From: Lama guanicoe
Lineage: Eukaryota
NCBI GenBank assembly: GCA_013239625.1
Contig: MU053216.1
Span: forward strand, 1,390,943 to 1,454,942
Reading direction: 5' to 3'
DNA length: 64,000 bases
Shown piece after piece: positions 33,594-46,189 of the stretch. The position numbers and the translations under genes are program-made. The notes beneath the pieces were generated by a model. It had not been told where the DNA came from, did no database searches, and saw only the letters and a program-made list of their open reading frames with translations. Each line of letters starts with the position of its first letter. The stretch's first letter is position 1.

Positions 33594-35394
33594 CTAAAAA
33601 CGAATTTCATGAGAAAGATGAGATGTTTTAGGTGCCAATATTCTCATTTTCAACGGCTGTAGTCACGTTTGGTAGTTACTCTTCTAACTGAAAATCTGAG
33701 TATGTTCACTCCAACCTTACCACAGAAGGACACGACCCAGAAATTACAAAGGAAAAAAGAATTCTAACGGTGACACGTTTACCAAACTTACTCAGTTACA
33801 TGTTTTTAAAACCCAGGAAATTAGCAAAAAGCAACATAAAAAAGGAAAGAAAAAGAACAAAGGTTTTTGGACCTTAATAAATAACTTGGAGTGGGGAGTT
33901 TCCTCAGTTTTAAAACCTGCATTTAAGTTGTATTTTAAATACATGCTCAATACAGAAAACGCAAGTAAAAGCACCAGAAAAGTCAGCTGCCCAGACTCGC
34001 GTCACATGAAGCAAAACGAATCGCACTGAAGGTCTCTCCTTCAGACAGAAGGCGGGCGTGTGACACCTCGCACCCACCCAGAGCCAGCCCACGGTCCGCA
34101 GCCCTCCCGGGCCTGCCCCAGCTTCCACCCGGCCCTCGGGGACAGGGTTCTCAGACGGCTTTCCTACTCCCGCAGTCAGGAAAGTGACAAGCTGGAGAAG
34201 AGGCTCACTGCCGTAGCGACTCCTTGTCGCGCTTAACTCTGAGTGTTTCGCAGCACAGCGTCAGGCGCTCCAGGGAGCTCCGCAGGGCAGCTTAGCGGGA
34301 GGGGAAGGGGACCAAACAAGGTGCTTTGCACAGAAACCCCGAGAGAGATGCGCTCTGGATGGAGAAGGTCAGAGGAGAGCAGTCAGTCCAAACACACACA
34401 CATCTGTATCTTTGCAGTCTTCCAGGCCTTTGCTCTGGGGCTAAAAAGACGCAGCACCGCTAGCAGCTCACAGGCTAAGAGGCACCTAACGTAAGCAGCT
34501 CACAGGCAGCCGAGAGCCCCGGGTCACCAGCACCGCCTGAGTACGTTCCGGACACAAAAGCAGCGTTCTATGAAAAACAGCAGTCCTGCCTAGTTGAGAG
34601 ACAACACACGACTCACATTCAAACGCCTCAACGTTCAGAAGGGCCTAAGGAGCCATCTCTCTGAGTCACGACCCAAAGGGAAACCAGCAACCGTGATCAC
34701 TGCAGCATCTTGGTTCTGACTACAGTGGGGCTGCGTCCGCTGCATTTAAAGTCTGGGATGCTGGGTTCTGTGCCGTCGAATGCTGTCCTTTCTACCTGAT
34801 TCCAACCTGTGGAGCTGCTCAGGGTCACAAATGATCTACTCCAGCCCCTTAATTTACAAAAGCAACATGAGCAGCACACACACACGCTTCTGATTATTAA
34901 AAACCATCTTCTACCCTACAGGTAATTTGGAAGACACTGAAAAATATGAAGATGAAAAAAATGGGTGATAATTAGGAGAAAAGTTTTTAAACTTTATCGG
35001 GCTTTCCTTATTCTAGCATCTAAGATAAATTTCAGGACTTACGACCGAGAGGGGACACTGCCCAGCACCTGTGTCAGGTGGCTGCGGCACTGTTTAAACA
35101 CGTGCCCTGCCCAGCCAAGGCTGAGACGGGGGTCACGCACTGCACCCCAGGGCTGTTGAGGGGCCAGCTCCATGACAACCGCAAAACTATGTATTTTACA
35201 ATGTTTCGCCTTGCCAGCTTCACCTGGTCAATTTTTAAAAGACTTCAAACAAAACATAAGAGGGAGGATGGCCAAGACTAAGAAAACAAACTCAGACAGA
35301 CTTACACGCAGTGCCAAGTTAGGAGCTTTTTGCAAACTGGCAACAACTTTTTGAAGACATCTGGATCACTTAGTTTTTAAAAGACTTTTGTGAA

Positions 35395-35395
35395 A

Positions 35396-35443
<48 letters not shown>
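35395..35443. repeat. (GT)n(GA)n microsatellite
   Basis: Directly visible. Confidence 0.92.
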
Positions 35444-35445
<2 letters not shown>

Positions 35446-35703
35446 AGGGGAGAGGGCGTGGAGGCCAGACACGCACCTGACGTGACGAAAGGAAGCCGGA
35501 CCCTGAGGTCAGTGAGCCTGACCGGCCGGTACCGCAGGCCCCACGAGAGGGGGGCGGGCGGGGGGGGTACAGTGTCACTAAAACGTGCCTGGGGAGCAAA
35601 GGCAGGCCTGGAACAGAAGGGACGCGCTGAACGAAGCCAGCGCGCCACCTCAAAAAGCCCACCAGTGAAGACGCCTGGAACTGCGCAGATTCTACCGTTT
35701 TAC

Positions 35704-37879
35704 CTTGAAGAAGAATCCGCAGCACACTTTCTGGTCATCATCAAATTGCTCTTTATCACTTTCTCCATCGTACTTTTCAACAGACACATCAGCCTTTTCA
35801 GGCGGTTTCAGATCTGAGAGGGAGACTTCAATCAGACTGACATTTCTGGGAGCAGCAGGTGGGAACACTGGCTTCGAAGGCGGCTCTGCAGGGTGCGTTG
35901 GTGGGTCCCCATCAGGGGAGGGGCCCGCGGGCTCGGGGACAGGCTGCATCGGGCCCTCAGGGGCGGCCAAGGGCAGAGGCTGGCTCTCCCCTCCCTCCGC
36001 GCTGTGTCCACACCCTGCGGACCCCGGCTCCTCCTTTCTACCCTCCTCCTTCCGCCTGGGCTCCTGTGCCTGAGGCTCTCCATCGTCCCCCAGACACACA
36101 AACGACCTGGTCTGAATGGGGACCTGACTGGGCGAGAACCTCCTCAAGCGGGGAAGACTGTCCACGGAGCGCGGGGCCGTCAACGTCCGGTTCAACGGGG
36201 TGATTTTTAACTCATTTGGCCTGGGAGTCCTCTGACTCTTAGCAGAGAAAGATGCACTCTTCCTGGTATTAGACTGGGGAGACGGGTGGCCAGGACGCGG
36301 GGAGTCCGTGGAGAATGGGGCGCCGGCCTGCCGGGGGGCTCTGCAGTCCCGCGGCTGCTTCTGCGGGGAGGGCTGGGGCGGCGAGATCACCCAGGCCTGC
36401 TGCTCCCGCATCTGCATCAGCAGCTCCTGCTGCAGGGACAGGCGCTGCATCTCCTGCTGCAGGAAGTGCAGGGAGGAGTTCAGCCTCTCGATGGACCTGG
36501 TGTACTCCAGGAGCTCCCCTTCGTTCAGAGTGTCTTCCGAGGGGCTGGCCAGGCCCCACTGCTTCTCAGGGTCCACGGGGGCGGCAGGTGACTTCAGCCA
36601 CCCGCCCTGAGGGTTCTCCGCTCCCTCCTTTATGTCCGCCAGAGACTTGCTCCTCTGCCCGTGGGCTCGTGGTGGCCCCTTCTCCTTGGCCCGGTCGGTG
36701 AACACCTTCTCGTCCTCAGCACCGGCCGCCTCCTCGCGAAGAGGGGAGGCCCCGTCCCCTTTCTTCTTCACTACCGTGAGGAACGCCGTCCGACCCATCT
36801 TCTGCCTTTGTTTCGTGAAAGCGGCCTCCATCTTCTTCTTCTGGGCCTCGATAGCTCGCCTCTTTTCTTCCAGTTTCATCCTGAGATGCAGCATCTCGGA
36901 GGCCAGCAGCTGCGTGGTGTCCCGCCCCTGCGCCAGGCCCGCTTCCTCCGGGATCTGAGCCCAGGCCACCACGTGAGGGATGTTGAGCTCCGAGCCCTCG
37001 GGCGTCGTCTTCTGGGAGCTGCCTCCGCTGCTCTTCCCGTCGGCATGGTGCAGCTTCCGGAACTTCTGCTCGGCAAAGCTGGTCATCTTCACGCCGGAGC
37101 TGGAAGAAGCGCTGCTGCCGGGCTGCGACCTGGTGCTCACGGTGCTGGGGCAGGGGCTCAGCGCATCTCTGGGCTGGCCGCCTCGCACGTCATAATCCGG
37201 AAGGAATTTAGAAGCGTCGTCCATGTCGGAGTCCAGACTGACAGTGTAGTCTCTCAGGGAGGAGTCCTCATCCATCGTCTCGGGGATGTCTTCGGAAGGG
37301 ACGTGGATCCCAGTGTCCACCTCGGTGTTGTCAGTAACGGGGCTCAAGGCGCCCTTCCCATCGGTCGTGCTCTCGGGGCTGGGCCGGCCCAGCGGGCTGC
37401 TGGAGCGCAGGACGCTGGCGTCCTGGCTGTGAAGGAAGAAGCCATTAGCGATGTGGTCCGTCTGGGGTGGGCGGGGCGTCTTCTCGGTGTCGTGGATTAT
37501 CTGCAGAGCCTCCTCAATGCTCGGGGTCCCGATCTGATTGCCAAACTCATCCAGAAGCACTCGGTTCTGTAAAGCTCCATTTGGAAGCTTATAATGCAGG
37601 TTCTCATCAGAATTCAGTTCGTCTGTGTTCAGGGGCAGGTAGGCCGTCAGGTCGCCGTGAGAGCCCACGTTCAGCTCCTCCTCAATGCCTTCTGCTTCCT
37701 CCTCCCCGTTGACGGGCTTGAAGGACAAGTTTTTCCTAATGTTCTTAGACACACGATTGTTGTTCAGGGTAAGTCCCTCGTTACTGATAGAACGGGTGAT
37801 TCCTCGGTTTAGAGTGGATCTCTGTACAGTATTTTCTTTATCAAAAGAAATGTCAAATGAAACTCCATGCACTGATGAT
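35704..37879 (-). CDS. CAMSAP2: CAMSAP2 large central exon (CC1, CC2, proline-rich region)
   Basis: TTTTAG|A: SSVHGVSFDISFDKE...KMTSFAEQKF...LRMKLEEKRRAIEAQKKKMEAAF...DDDQKVCCGFFFK|GTAAAA; 2176 nt, open throughout. Confidence 0.97.
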
Positions 37880-38147
37880 CTAAAAAAAAAAAAATTAGAG
37901 AGAGAGTCCCCAAACAAGCTCAGAGAAGAACGTCTGATGCCGCTGAGCAACAGTTCTCTGAAGCCACACCGCCTTCTTTCCGCTCCCCCTAATCACAGTC
38001 CTCAGGGCAAGGCGAGGGCTGCCAGGACCCCCGCTACCCTGGCCCCTGTGGCCTCTCTCACCTGCCTGTCTTCAAATGTGGGTACTAATTAAAAGTCTAC
38101 TGGATGTGGCCAACAAGGGGGGCCCCCACGAGACCTCCCAGGGTTAC

Positions 38148-38217
38148 CTCTTCTCCTTGGGCCAGGTCCCGACGGAGCCATCAACGTAAGACATGGATGA
38201 AGACCTTCTTATTCCTC
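38148..38217 (-). CDS. CAMSAP2: CAMSAP2 exon
   Basis: CTGAAG|GA: (G)GIRRSSSMSYVDGSVGTWPKEK(R)|GTAACC; 70 nt. Confidence 0.93.
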
Positions 38218-38486
38218 CTTCAGACGCATAAAAGAAAGTCATTGAAATCACATAAAAAACATTAACTTACAACAATTTAACGGATTTCACATATTTGAGG
38301 ACTCACTAACAACAGCATTAAAGGCAAGTGGGTGCATATGGAGAAATAAAGGTCGTTTTATAAGAGAAGCAAGCACAGGGAAACAGATCCACACTTCTTA
38401 GAACAAAGGCTGGGTATTTCTGTGTATTTACATCTCCCAGTCCACCACCTAAATGACCTCGTCCTAGGCTTTTCCAGACGGATTAC

Positions 38487-38569
38487 CTGGGGCAGAAGCA
38501 GGAGCCTGGGCACGTGCGCGTCTGGTGGGCACGTGGTGAGGCGCGTGAGTGAAGGCCGCGCCCTCCCCC
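38487..38569 (-). CDS. CAMSAP2: CAMSAP2 exon
   Basis: TTGCAG|G: GEGAAFTHAPHHVPTRRARAQAPASAP|GTAATC (human GEGATFTQSHHHLPSRYSRPQAHSSAS); 83 nt. Confidence 0.9.
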
Positions 38570-40537
38570 CTGCAAAGGAACAGACGGGGCAGGTTACGGC
38601 GCCCTGGCCTCTCAGCCGTGCGCGAGCGGCTCAGGCGGAGCTGCATGGTCGCTCCTGAGTCCCCATCTTTAGCAGAAAGGAAGTTGGGGAAACACTGACA
38701 CAGTGTTTAAACCAAAGAACGGCTGGGGCTACATGGATCTCTACGTATTTTATGTCTCAGCCAAAGAGCTGGAACCCCTACCTCCATGTATAACTCAGTG
38801 TCCTGGGGAGACAAAATACAGAGCACCGTTTTTACTTCACAAGCAGAAAAACTGAGAGTTAAAGAAGTTAAAAGAAAGTCACCAGTCTGAAATATTTTGG
38901 TCAAACTAAACCTCTCACGTAACCGGTCCCTGTAAGAGCCTGGCAGCCCGGCGCGTGGCCCCCGCACTCACACCAACATCAACAGAGCCCTCCGGGCCCA
39001 TCAAGACGGGCAGCTTTCCTGCAGCTTCTTTCTGTTGACTTTCACCCCATCCCAATCAGTGCGGGGCGGACTGGACAGTCTATTTCTCAAATTATAATGA
39101 CATTCGGCCAAAGTTTACCTTTTCCTCTTCTAAGCCTCCAGCCTGCCCCGGCCCGCCTTGCGGCAGGGAGGCATCCCCACCCCTGCTGCGTGAGAGGAGC
39201 CGGGGCAGCAGGACACAGTCCCTTCTCAGACCACACCACCCGCACCATCTGGCTGATGCGCACTGAGAGGACCAGCCAACTCAGGAATTCAAAGGTAAGG
39301 AACAATATCATATTCTTACTGTTTAACAAAAGCCACATTCGTTAGCTCTGCAAAAGCAACGACCCCTGAAGCACTGACACAAAGCTGCTGCCTCACCTCC
39401 CCCCGCAGGTGAGTCGTCCCCCCCCCCCGCTGTCCGCAGTGCTTTCTCAGGTGCTCGCACTGCCCCACCCCGTGTCCCTTCCAAAGTCTCTGCTCTCCCA
39501 CGTCTGTGACCAGAGGGGAATCCCAGAGATGCAGGTCAAGTTACTCGAACACGTGCCCTTTCTCCTTCTCCAGCAGCGGCTCGGCACCCGCGCTGAGGAC
39601 GTGGCGTTCACTCCCAGAGGGAGCAGCAGGCCAGGGCACGGAGCAGCTGCTGGAAATGTCCTCTGCTTTGCCGCCCCCTTCCTTAGTTTTTTTTCCCTCA
39701 TAAGATCATTATTTAGGAGTAATATATTTGTAGTGCTGACTGCATTATTCTCAGAAGGGCAGAAATTCTTGAGTCCTTCCTCCAAAGTTTTCCAGCAGGA
39801 GAACCACGAACGGCCCACATGGAAACTCACAGAAATGAGAGGATTACACAACGGCTCTTCAAGGAAAATAGCTGAGACGTCCACCTCGCTGCAGAAGGCC
39901 CTGCTGCTGGGAAGATGGAGAAAGGGAGCCACTCGTCCAACTGGGAGACAGAAAAGGGACGAGTCTTTCAGGGGCTCTTAACGCAGTTTCCAGCGTCAGA
40001 AACGTGGACGGCTGTCCACTCGGGTGCCTGGAAGGAGCAGCTAGGGAATAACCTCACCCCTAGGTGGCAAGTTTCAGAGTTCTTAAAGACTTAACAGTAC
40101 GAGAGTAACAACCTACAGCACTGTTTCCTAAACTTCCAGTGAAGCCAAGCCAGGAAGGCACAGAGGAAACCCCACGCGGAAAAGCTTCCCAAGGCATCAG
40201 ACAGGGAGGCCCCCAGATCAGCCTCCGCCCAACCTGCTAAACCTCAGTGACAGTTTCGGAAGGGCAAACTCAGGGCAAGAAAGAAAATTCACGGCGGCGA
40301 TCAGAGGGTAGGCCAGGAAGACGCCCTCTGAACCTGCAGGAAGCCTTCACGGAGCCCAGGGAGCCGCGGGGGAGGGGGCCCGGCAGGGCTGCCCGCTCTG
40401 CTCGGCTCGCAGCCGCCGCCGGGGAACGGCTCACGTGCGGGCAGTGGGCGAGAGCTCTCTGTGTTGAGACAAGAGCTCATACCCAAAGTACTTCTAATTT
40501 CTTACTCGTATACTTTAACTGTATTTTTAATAGATTT

Positions 40538-40674
40538 TTCTTTTTGGTGAGGCGGAGGTAATTAGGTTTATTCATTTTATTTTATTTTTTTAGTGGGGGT
40601 ACTGGGGATTGAACCCAGGACCTCGTGCATGCTAGGCATGCGCTCTACCACTGAGCTATAATACACCCTCCCCC
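40538..40674 (-). mobile_element. Vic-1-type SINE with 16-bp target-site duplication
   Basis: Intact tRNA-like head (tagctcagtggtagagcgcatgcctagcatgcacgaggtcctgggttcaatcccc on the minus strand). TSD tatttttaatagattt at 40522-40537 and 40677-40692. Confidence 0.9.
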
Positions 40675-41335
40675 AATATTTTTAATAGATTTGCTTGAAT
40701 TTCTAAAAAATCCCACAGAATACATCAGTTCTAAACTTAAAAAAAATCATAAATTATTGAGTCCAAAGTCAATATACATTTCAGGTTCTAAGAAATACAC
40801 ATTAAAAGCTGCTTACAGGATCTGCTGAAAAGCATTTTTAAACAAATTAATGTCTCTATCATATTTGGGTCAGAAGTCAGGATTATCCTGATATTAAATG
40901 TTTACTTTGCTTTCAATTCACTTTCTGAGACTAAGAACTAAAGCACTGGATAAAGATTCAATATTACAATAAATATTCCATTGTGACCTCTTAATAGCCA
41001 AAGTAACCAGCAAACAAACAGTAGGAAAAACTGCCTCAAAGATTAAAAAATTGTTTTTAAAAAATTAAAAAACCCAAGTAGAATTTAAAAATTTCCCAAG
41101 GCCTAAGAGTTACCTATGACTTAAGCAGCATATAATCCCAATTATAAACAAGTTATGCAGCAAAAGTTTGGTTTTAGGCCAGTTATTTGGACCTTAGAAT
41201 ATATTCCTCCACTTCTCAGTGTGCATTTCAATTACACTGATGTTAAAATAGACTTTAATAGGGTAGGCTAATGGAAACTGATTTAGTTCAAAGTTCAACT
41301 GAAAATTTAAAAATTCTAATGCAACAAAATTTTAT

Positions 41336-41490
41336 CTCTGGGGTTTTTTGGGGGGTGGGAGTGAGGTGGGGAGGTAATTAGGTTTCTCTATTAAAAACAA
41401 TTTTTAAAAAATGGAGGTACTGGAGATTGAACCCAGGACCTTGTGCATGCTAAGCACACGCTCTACCACTGAGCTACACCCTCCTCACCC
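41336..41490 (-). mobile_element. Vic-1-type SINE
   Basis: ggaggtaattaggttt...gattgaacccaggaccttgtgcatgctaagcacacgctctaccactgagctacaccc; flanked by aattttat repeats. Confidence 0.88.
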
Positions 41491-41561
41491 TATAGAATTT
41501 TATTTTGACTCTATTAGTGAATGGGTAAAAACGGGGAACGTGCAGTCACTCTGGAACCTAC

Positions 41562-41646
41562 CCTGGACTGAGATCAGGGCTGTCCAGGGCGTGTCTCTGG
41601 GCAGCATTAAAGACGGGAACTGAAGGCGGATCGTCCACAGGCTCAG
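41562..41646 (-). CDS. CAMSAP2: CAMSAP2 exon
   Basis: TTGTAG|CT: (A)EPVDDPPSVPVFNAAQRHALDSPDLSP(G)|GTAGGT, homologous to human AEPVKDMPSIPVLNAAKRNVLDSSSDFPS; 85 nt; phases fit both neighbours. Confidence 0.88.
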
Positions 41647-43286
41647 CTACAATGAAAGACAGAATCTCAGAATTACGCATTTAGCATGTTTCCAACATTA
41701 TTTCAAGGACTCTGCACCACAAATAAATGTTTAAGTTTATTCTCAATTTCTCTTACTACTTACAGAGAATTCTTAGCATATTTAAAGTTTTCTTTTAAAA
41801 TAATTTTCAAAAGGACAAACTTTCCTTAATCTCCTCTTGAAGTGCTCTTGCTTAAAATACTCACTTGATTAAAGCTACTGGTGGGGGAGGCTTAACATAA
41901 AATAAGTACAGAATTTAAAATAAAAATAAATGTCTAATTTTGCTAAAGCTTTCGCAGAACTTCAGTTACATATAGTCATTTTTGCTTCTTTATGAAACAG
42001 CTGGCATTTTGGTAATCAATCAAAGAAAGAAACAGAATTTCACTGGTTAATAATTAAGCCTACTGGTACAGTCTACATTTTTGTAAACAACTCTGGTGGA
42101 AGACTCAATTTATTTTTTGCCTTTGAGGCCTAATGTAACAGCTGTTGAACATTCTGAATAGTGGCTTCATAGAGGAGATCGTAGGAAGCAATGTATATGA
42201 AAATTCTATGTTAATAGTAAAAAGTTGTACAAATATCGGTTACAACTGCTAGTGACCATCAATGGCCGTGGGGAAGGACTCCAACTTCTTGACAGCTATT
42301 CCTTGTGATATCATGACTGCTATGCAGCCTCCTCCTTAAGCAGCTTGGAGACAGACCAGATCAAACACTGCGTGTTTTACAGAATCCGGCCTGAGGTGCG
42401 GCGGGCTGACTGCAGTAACCTCACTCCGCTCACTAGAGCGACGCGCCCCCCTCACCCAACCGCGGATCTCCCCCTCCTTCCCGATCTCATCCTCTTCCTC
42501 GGTGTTTCCGAGGGGAGGTGGGCGCGGGGAGAAATGAGGGAGCAGCCAACTCGTTAGGATGCACAGTAGCCACATTTTGCGTCGGGGGGACACTGACGGC
42601 AGGAAGAGCCGAGTCACGCTGAAGAAAGTTCTTCAGGGGCTAAACTTGTAACGTGGGACCGTTTTCCCGTATAGAAACACACCCCTGGTTTATAATGGAA
42701 GCCAATGGAAAATCTGCTTTGAGAGAAAACGCAGGAAGACTTTCCTATTCTTTACTTCTAGAGATCTTTACAGTAACTCACCCCTTTATTTCTTACTAGT
42801 GTTCTTGTTACGTGCAATCAACAGATCATGATACTGTAATAATCACAAAACCTACTATGTTAAAAAAAATATATATACATACAAACTTTTTCACGGCTTA
42901 ATGGCAAATTCAAAGTACACATGCCAAGCCATAATCTGAGTGGACTCTGGGTAACAATATTAAAAACTTGGAATCTAAGAACAAAGGCCAGGGATGAGGG
43001 TAAAAAATGCTAAGAAAAGAGAGTAGGCAAACAGTCAGAGCTAAAAGTTCCACAACACAAGCCTTCCGACTCAGGGCTGTTCTCACCACTTCCTTCCCTC
43101 CACAGCATCTCTCTCTCCCAGAGAATTTGGTGGCTTTAAATACTAAAATGCTCAGACTTTATCAAGGCTAACAGGTGCAACATGAAACAGCAACAGGCTT
43201 CCCTCTACAAAAACAAGCAGGTGAGGCCACATAAACTTTCCACTCTGACTGTTTACAGGACACTCAAAACTGCAAAGATCCATCAC

Positions 43287-43380
43287 CTCCTTGTGCACGA
43301 ACATCGCGGGGCTGAACGAACGAGGGCTTCACAACCTCGAACCACCAGAAGAGTTCCGCCATGAACACCAAGTAATTGCT
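43287..43380 (-). CDS. CAMSAP2: CAMSAP2 exon (end of CH domain)
   Basis: CCTAG|AGC: SNYLVFMAELFWWFEVVKPSFVQPRDVRAQG|GTGATG; 94 nt. Confidence 0.95.
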
Positions 43381-43873
43381 CTAGGAGAGAGTTCAGAAAA
43401 TTCAGAGAAAAATTAGGTAGAACTTGACCAAACAGTAATGAGAAATAGAATTTTCTTCTGTTTTACCTCGCAAATTAAACGCAGCTTTAAATATCATTCA
43501 CACTTCACTAGAGTCTATCTACCATACGGTATTAAATCTAGGACAGAAAATTAGTGCTTGTAGGTAGAACTTACAACAACCATTCAAAATCTCTTTCCTG
43601 GTTTATTACAGTTTCCGTTTATCCGTCAGGCGTTAACACCTCGGACTGTGTGGAACATGGAGACAGTGTGCAAGCCGTTCCTCTTCCAAAGTCAACACAC
43701 ACAACTTAGACAGAATAATTAGGTTCTTTCCAGATTCATAAGAAATTTCTCCAAAGCGTAATCAGGTGCCTAGTTTAAAAACATTATATCTATGTGCTTG
43801 GTAATACTAAAGTCAAGAGTAATCCAGGTGCTAAATAAATAACACAAAACTCTAGACTGTTGTGGCTAATTCT

Positions 43874-43924
43874 TTTTTTTTTTTTAATTTTATTGAGTTA
43901 TAGTCAGTTTACAATGTGTCAATA
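43874..43924 (-). mobile_element. Ultra-short 5'-truncated L1 insertion with TSD
   Basis: Poly-T plus 'aattttattgagttatagtcagtttacaatgtgtca' (reverse complement of the L1 3' end), between tgttgtggctaattct and tgttatggctaattct. Confidence 0.8.
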
Positions 43925-45029
43925 TGTTATGGCTAATTCTTAATTTTGAAATGTACAAAGACACTGTTAGCACAGTTTGATATACCCACCTAGTTTTTAA
44001 AAATTATTAATAAGGATAAGTCAACCATGTCATTTGCCATTTGTTATTTATATTTGAAAATGTGAATAGTTTTTTAAATGGCTTAAAATTAAGAGAAAGG
44101 TGTAAGTGGGTCTTCAGGACCCACTTTTCTACCACAGGCTTATATTTTAAAGTGCATACATTATAAATGCTATAAACATGAAAAGTTATTTTAATTGTAG
44201 GTATTTGGTAAGTTCTAAAAAACAGCACTACAACAAAATTTGTTTATATAATATTTGAAAACAACACCACACCTTTTAACTTCTGGGTATTTGGCATCTA
44301 ACACAATTGTTGCTGTTAAATTGACTAATATCTGATGAGTAAGGTCTTATTTCATACGAAATTTCAGTTTGCAAAACCACCACTGGAAACGTGAGTGTCC
44401 CCACGCCGCGCCCACCTCCTCCTGGCTGATTATCAACGGCCCTCAGGGCCCAGAGACGGTCTCGGGGCTCCTCATCCTCTCTGTTCTCTCCTGTGTACTG
44501 AGCCGGTGACTTACAATACACATCTCTCCCCTGGCCGCTCTGGAAGGTGAAGGCTACCGTGTGTGCAGGAGTGAGGGGCAGAGCAGAATCAAGGGGGGCT
44601 CAGGTTTTCTCCAGCAATGGACAGTGCCATTTAATGAAGTGGGAAGATGGGGAAAGAGCTGTGAAAGGAATCGTGAGTTACTGGCTTTGAGAGGCTGAGC
44701 AGACACTTAAGGGGGCCTGCCCGGGCGGGTGGAGCTAAGAGTCTGGAGGGCGACCGAGGATGAGACAGCGGTGAACAGAACTTGGCAGGTTTCCTACTTT
44801 TCAGCGTTTGCTTTTAACGATAACTTCTCAGAATATTCAAACACTTGTATACAAATGCATACCATTTTAAACAGTCATTAAAATTTGTGATTTTCTAAAG
44901 AAAGAAATGAAGAATGTTTATAGTCCCTGAAGCTGTGCTGGGAGCTGGATCTCAGCCCTGCTGGCCTCGCAGGAACCTCACATTCTTATTCCATCTCCTT
45001 CTCCCGGACACTTACTCTTCCCCTCAGCT

Positions 45030-45910
45030 GAACCCTTCCTACTTGGCTTCTGCACACACTCACCTCTCTCCTACTAAAAGCAAAACCAGGCCTGCACTCC
45101 ACGGTTCACCGTCCCCCCGCTCGCCCCATCTTCCTGTGCCTCTGCAAACGTCTCTATTGTCCTCCACCCTGGCCGTCGCCACTCCAACCCACTCCAACCT
45201 GGCATTCGGGCGCCCTTCCCCTAGAACAGCACTTGCTCACGTCGCCAGCGACTGTCACTACGTCAAGCAGGTTTCAGTCGTTTTCTTGATACTCCTGGCC
45301 TGCCCCCTGCGAGAGCTGTCGCCCGTGCTCAGCAGCTGCCACACGACTCCCAACGTGCTGACGGTGCTCACACGGAGGCGGCCGACAGAGCATCCCTCCT
45401 GCACGTCTCAGAGGCACCTCGGCTGTCCGGGACTGAGCAGTAACCTTCCCACAGACCCAACCTTATTCAGTCTTGTCGCACGGAACAGCAACCACCATCC
45501 CAGCATGCAGACCAGAAACCGCAGGGTCCCCCGTGGGCCTCCTCCTCACTCCTTTCCCAGATCCGATTCACATCGGGGCCTGCAGACCTCACACCCGAAA
45601 CATCTCGGGAATCTACCCACTTCTCTCCCATCTTCATCACAATTACTCTCATTTTGTTTCAGCCAAACAAAATTTCCACACTGCAACCTGCCTCCCCCCG
45701 CCTGCCCCTGTTCTTGGGAACCGACTACAGGTTACCCGAGGATACATGATGGGGTCCTTTTTACTTTCCCCAGCTTCATCTGGTACCACATTCCCCACTC
45801 TGTGGTCTGGAAGGACAAGCTGTGCTCACCACTGCATCTTCAGTGTTTAAAGCAGGGCCTGGCACAAAGCAGACGCCCAATGACCATTTACTGAACGATG
45901 AATAATGAAG
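45030..45910 (+). mobile_element. L2 LINE remnant
   Basis: Pyrimidine-rich L2 body ending in 'gcctggcacaaagcagacgcccaatgaccatttactgaacgatgaataatgaa' (L2 3' end); left boundary approximate. Confidence 0.65.
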
Positions 45911-46189
45911 GAATAAACCTACAATGTGAAAGACTAGTGACTGGCAAAACATCAAACACTGCTAGGGAGGATCTCTGGGTGAGAAGACGACTGTGACCCG
46001 TGCTTTCTCTGTATGCTTATCTCTGCAGTATACTTTCTAAAGCCGAAGTATAAAACTACGAAGTACGGGCTAGGCGGCACTCTACTAGCACAGTTAACAG
46101 GAAGCTGTGTATGTCTTTTGGAAGGACACTGTTTAAGTGCTCGATAATTGTCTGTTGACAGAAAATTAGTCAATATTTTAAGGACCCTG

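Noticed and set aside
40590..40670. tRNA-like sequences (also about 20930, 41430, 51750)
   Set aside because: These are heads of tRNA-derived SINEs with the shared tail and TSDs, not tRNA genes.
41858..41895. Strong minus-strand donor CAA|GTGAGT with nearby AG acceptors
   Set aside because: Possible exon lengths (10, 13, 26 nt) are all frame-breaking and there is no other support.
44914..45894. 326-aa ORF on the + strand
   Set aside because: Largely coincides with a decayed L2 remnant; no recognisable domain or splice context.
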